Shown here piece by piece: positions 62,745 to 64,000 of a stretch of DNA of 64,000 nt. The notes beneath the pieces were generated by a model. The model made no database searches. It worked only from the letters and a program-made list of their open reading frames with translations, and was not told where the DNA came from. The stretch covers positions 14,815 through 78,814 of the IMG/VR virus record IMGVR_UViG_3300021400_001692; one strand, 5' to 3'. Position 1 is the first letter of the stretch; each line of letters begins with the position of its first letter. A program made the position numbers and the translations under genes. The DNA is from a virus (lineage: Duplodnaviria; Caudoviricetes).

Positions 62745-63251
62745 CTGCTGTTTTGAAAGCACATCTCTTCAGGGCTGCCAGGATCACGCGTGCGTCGGCG
62801 AGCTCCTGCGCGCCCGAGGAACGAAGGGCGCGATTTGTTTTCAGCAGGGTTACCCTGCCCCTTGTAGGGAAAACAGCAGTAAAAGTTCTTTCTGAATGTC
62901 CTGACATCCGGATGTCCCAGTTGTCCACTCCAGGTCCGTCTACGGACCTGGTGCTTTCGTTTCGGCGGGGTTACCCCGTCCCCTTATACAGGAGAAAGAA
63001 CTAAGATGTGATCTCTGAAAAGCGCTTCGTCGGCTGGAGCTGTAAGTCATCCGGCACGGATGACCTACAGTTTTATTTTCGGCAGGGTTACCCTGCCCCC
63101 TGTTGGGAGAGATCAGTTTTGCCATGTGAATGCCGAAATGCGTAGGGTTCTTGTCTTGAAAAACGCGCCAGAGTTTTTCGAGACAAGAACGAGTAGCTTT
63201 TCGGCAACAGCTTTTTGCGCGGGTTACCCGCGCAGTCTTAGACTGCATGGC
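62745..63251 (-). ncRNA. Array of four structured non-coding units (retron msr/msd-like architecture)
   Basis: Units 63121-63251, 63009-63115, 62884-63002, 62745-62879; each bounded by its own inverted repeat and containing GGGTAACCC hairpin, A-rich linker and variable hairpin. Confidence 0.8.
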
Positions 63252-63254
63252 GCG

Positions 63255-63512
63255 TCAGCTCAGGTCGTCCTGGAAAGCGATTGAAACAGTAAAGTCAGGG
63301 TTCACACGAGCCGTGCGGCCCTGACTCCTGTTCTCGATTTCCAGCCACCCGTCCGGCGCAAAATGAACGATGCCATCTAGCCGGCCACCGTTCGTGCAAT
63401 AGACGTGAGCGGGCTTGCCTCCATATTTCTCGTTTAGATACTCTATGTCGCTACCTTCCCACTCGTTGATTCGGTTTGATACCCTTGCCATCAGGCTCTC
63501 CCGGACCGCCAT
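63255..63512 (-). CDS. Small protein with Sm/Hfq-like pattern, co-transcribed with RNA array
   Basis: YLNEKYGGKPAHVYCTNGGRLDGIVHFAPDGWLEIEN...ARVNPDFTVSI parallels the Hfq/LSm helix-beta1-5 pattern. Confidence 0.55.
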   Translation of the reverse strand: MAVRESLMARVSNRINEWEGSDIEYLNEKYGGKPAHVYCTNGGRLDGIVHFAPDGWLEIENRSQGRTARVNPDFTVSIAFQDDLS

Positions 63513-63519
63513 TGCATTA

Positions 63520-63548
63520 GCTTATAACACGTTTTGCGTGATTTTTCA
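63520..63548 (-). promoter_or_regulatory. Canonical sigma70 promoter driving Sm-like gene and array
   Basis: TTGAAA-17 nt-TATAAG with TG extended -10. Confidence 0.75.
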
Positions 63549-64000
63549 ATCGAGCATTTGCTCGATCTGTCCCCACATGTCTGTAACTCCCCTATGCCAG
63601 TTTGTGACCCAGGTGAGCCAGTTTTTCCATAACGCAGAATGCACACGCCCTTTAGGTTTCGACGTATACTTGCCCTGATCCTTCAAGCTCTGGAAGTAGC
63701 TCCCAAGAACATTGTCTGCTTCGGGATCCCACTCCTCAAGGTTCTGCGCCGCCGCCAAGGCGGCCTTTATTTCCTTGTAGCTGGAACACAGCACAAAGCG
63801 CTCTCCTTCCTTGTATGCGCCTTCTGGTGCCACCATGAGATCAGCCGACCGTTCCTCCTTCAAGCGTGCTATCACGCTGCTCAAATCGGCCATGTCCCGC
63901 AGAAGCCGTGCACGCTCTTCCATCCGGTACAGCTCTACGGTCACTGCCTTTTGGAAGATGCTGGACAATTTCAGCTTCGGAACAGCGGCGTCAATCTTCT
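63546..64000 (-). CDS. Partial hypothetical protein (start beyond window end)
   Basis: Frame open to the window edge (KIDAAVPKLKLSSIFQKAV...); helical, charged. Confidence 0.6.
   Translation of the reverse strand, partial: KIDAAVPKLKLSSIFQKAVTVELYRMEERARLLRDMADLSSVIARLKEERSADLMVAPEGAYKEGERFVLCSSYKEIKAALAAAQNLEEWDPEADNVLGSYFQSLKDQGKYTSKPKGRVHSALWKNWLTWVTNWHRGVTDMWGQIEQMLD

Noticed and set aside
62745-63251. CRISPR array
   Set aside because: The repeats are degenerate and the intervening segments are ~80-100 nt and self-folding. Each unit is closed by its own inverted repeat, and no cas genes are present in the window. A repeat-mimic (RNA anti-CRISPR) role cannot be fully excluded.
62745-63251. 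Hammerhead ribozymes, tRNAs or short ORFs (62734-62928, 62753-63004, 62940-63248)
   Set aside because: There is no CUGANGA core, no cloverleaf or T-loop consensus. The ORFs lack RBSs and look like read-through of hairpin-rich sequence.

Overview
This window is part of a large, GC-rich, myovirus-type (contractile tail) dsDNA phage genome. I found no host housekeeping genes, tRNAs or rRNAs. The + strand carries the late morphogenesis genes. These are about 20 small-to-medium putative internal head/ejection proteins with a recurring (E)K[T/V/I/Q]A motif and Gly/Ala-rich hydrophobic helices (1-13.4 kb), a prohead protease, scaffold, decoration protein and major capsid protein, followed by neck, sheath, tube, spike, PAAR-like protein, tail assembly chaperones with a canonical -1 frameshift site, and a tape measure protein with an embedded NlpC/P60 domain. 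Downstream lie baseplate hub/wedge genes, a lytic transglycosylase, a phage sigma factor, tail fibre paralogues and a holin, then a second + block (52.5-55.7 kb) and the large terminase (61.1-62.7 kb). Early cassettes on the - strand are interleaved. Each starts at a TG-N-TATAAG extended -10 promoter set back-to-back with a CAG-N4-GCAAT(A/C)TTTA putative late promoter. The early genes include RuvC, an ArdB/KlcA-like antirestriction protein, LPD28 and seven paralogous small acidic proteins. The two most unusual elements are as follows. (1) An early two-gene operon encodes an unknown protein and a retron-like reverse transcriptase with a non-canonical YCDN active site, followed by a structured 3' RNA. 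(2) An array of four abutting non-coding units at 62745-63251 lies downstream of an Sm/Hfq-like gene. Each unit is closed by its own inverted repeat and holds a covarying GGG-UAA-CCC hairpin plus a unit-specific hairpin, which resembles a multiplexed retron msr-msd cassette. A functional link between the RT and the array is inferred, not shown. All family assignments come from motif recognition by eye; no database search was run.
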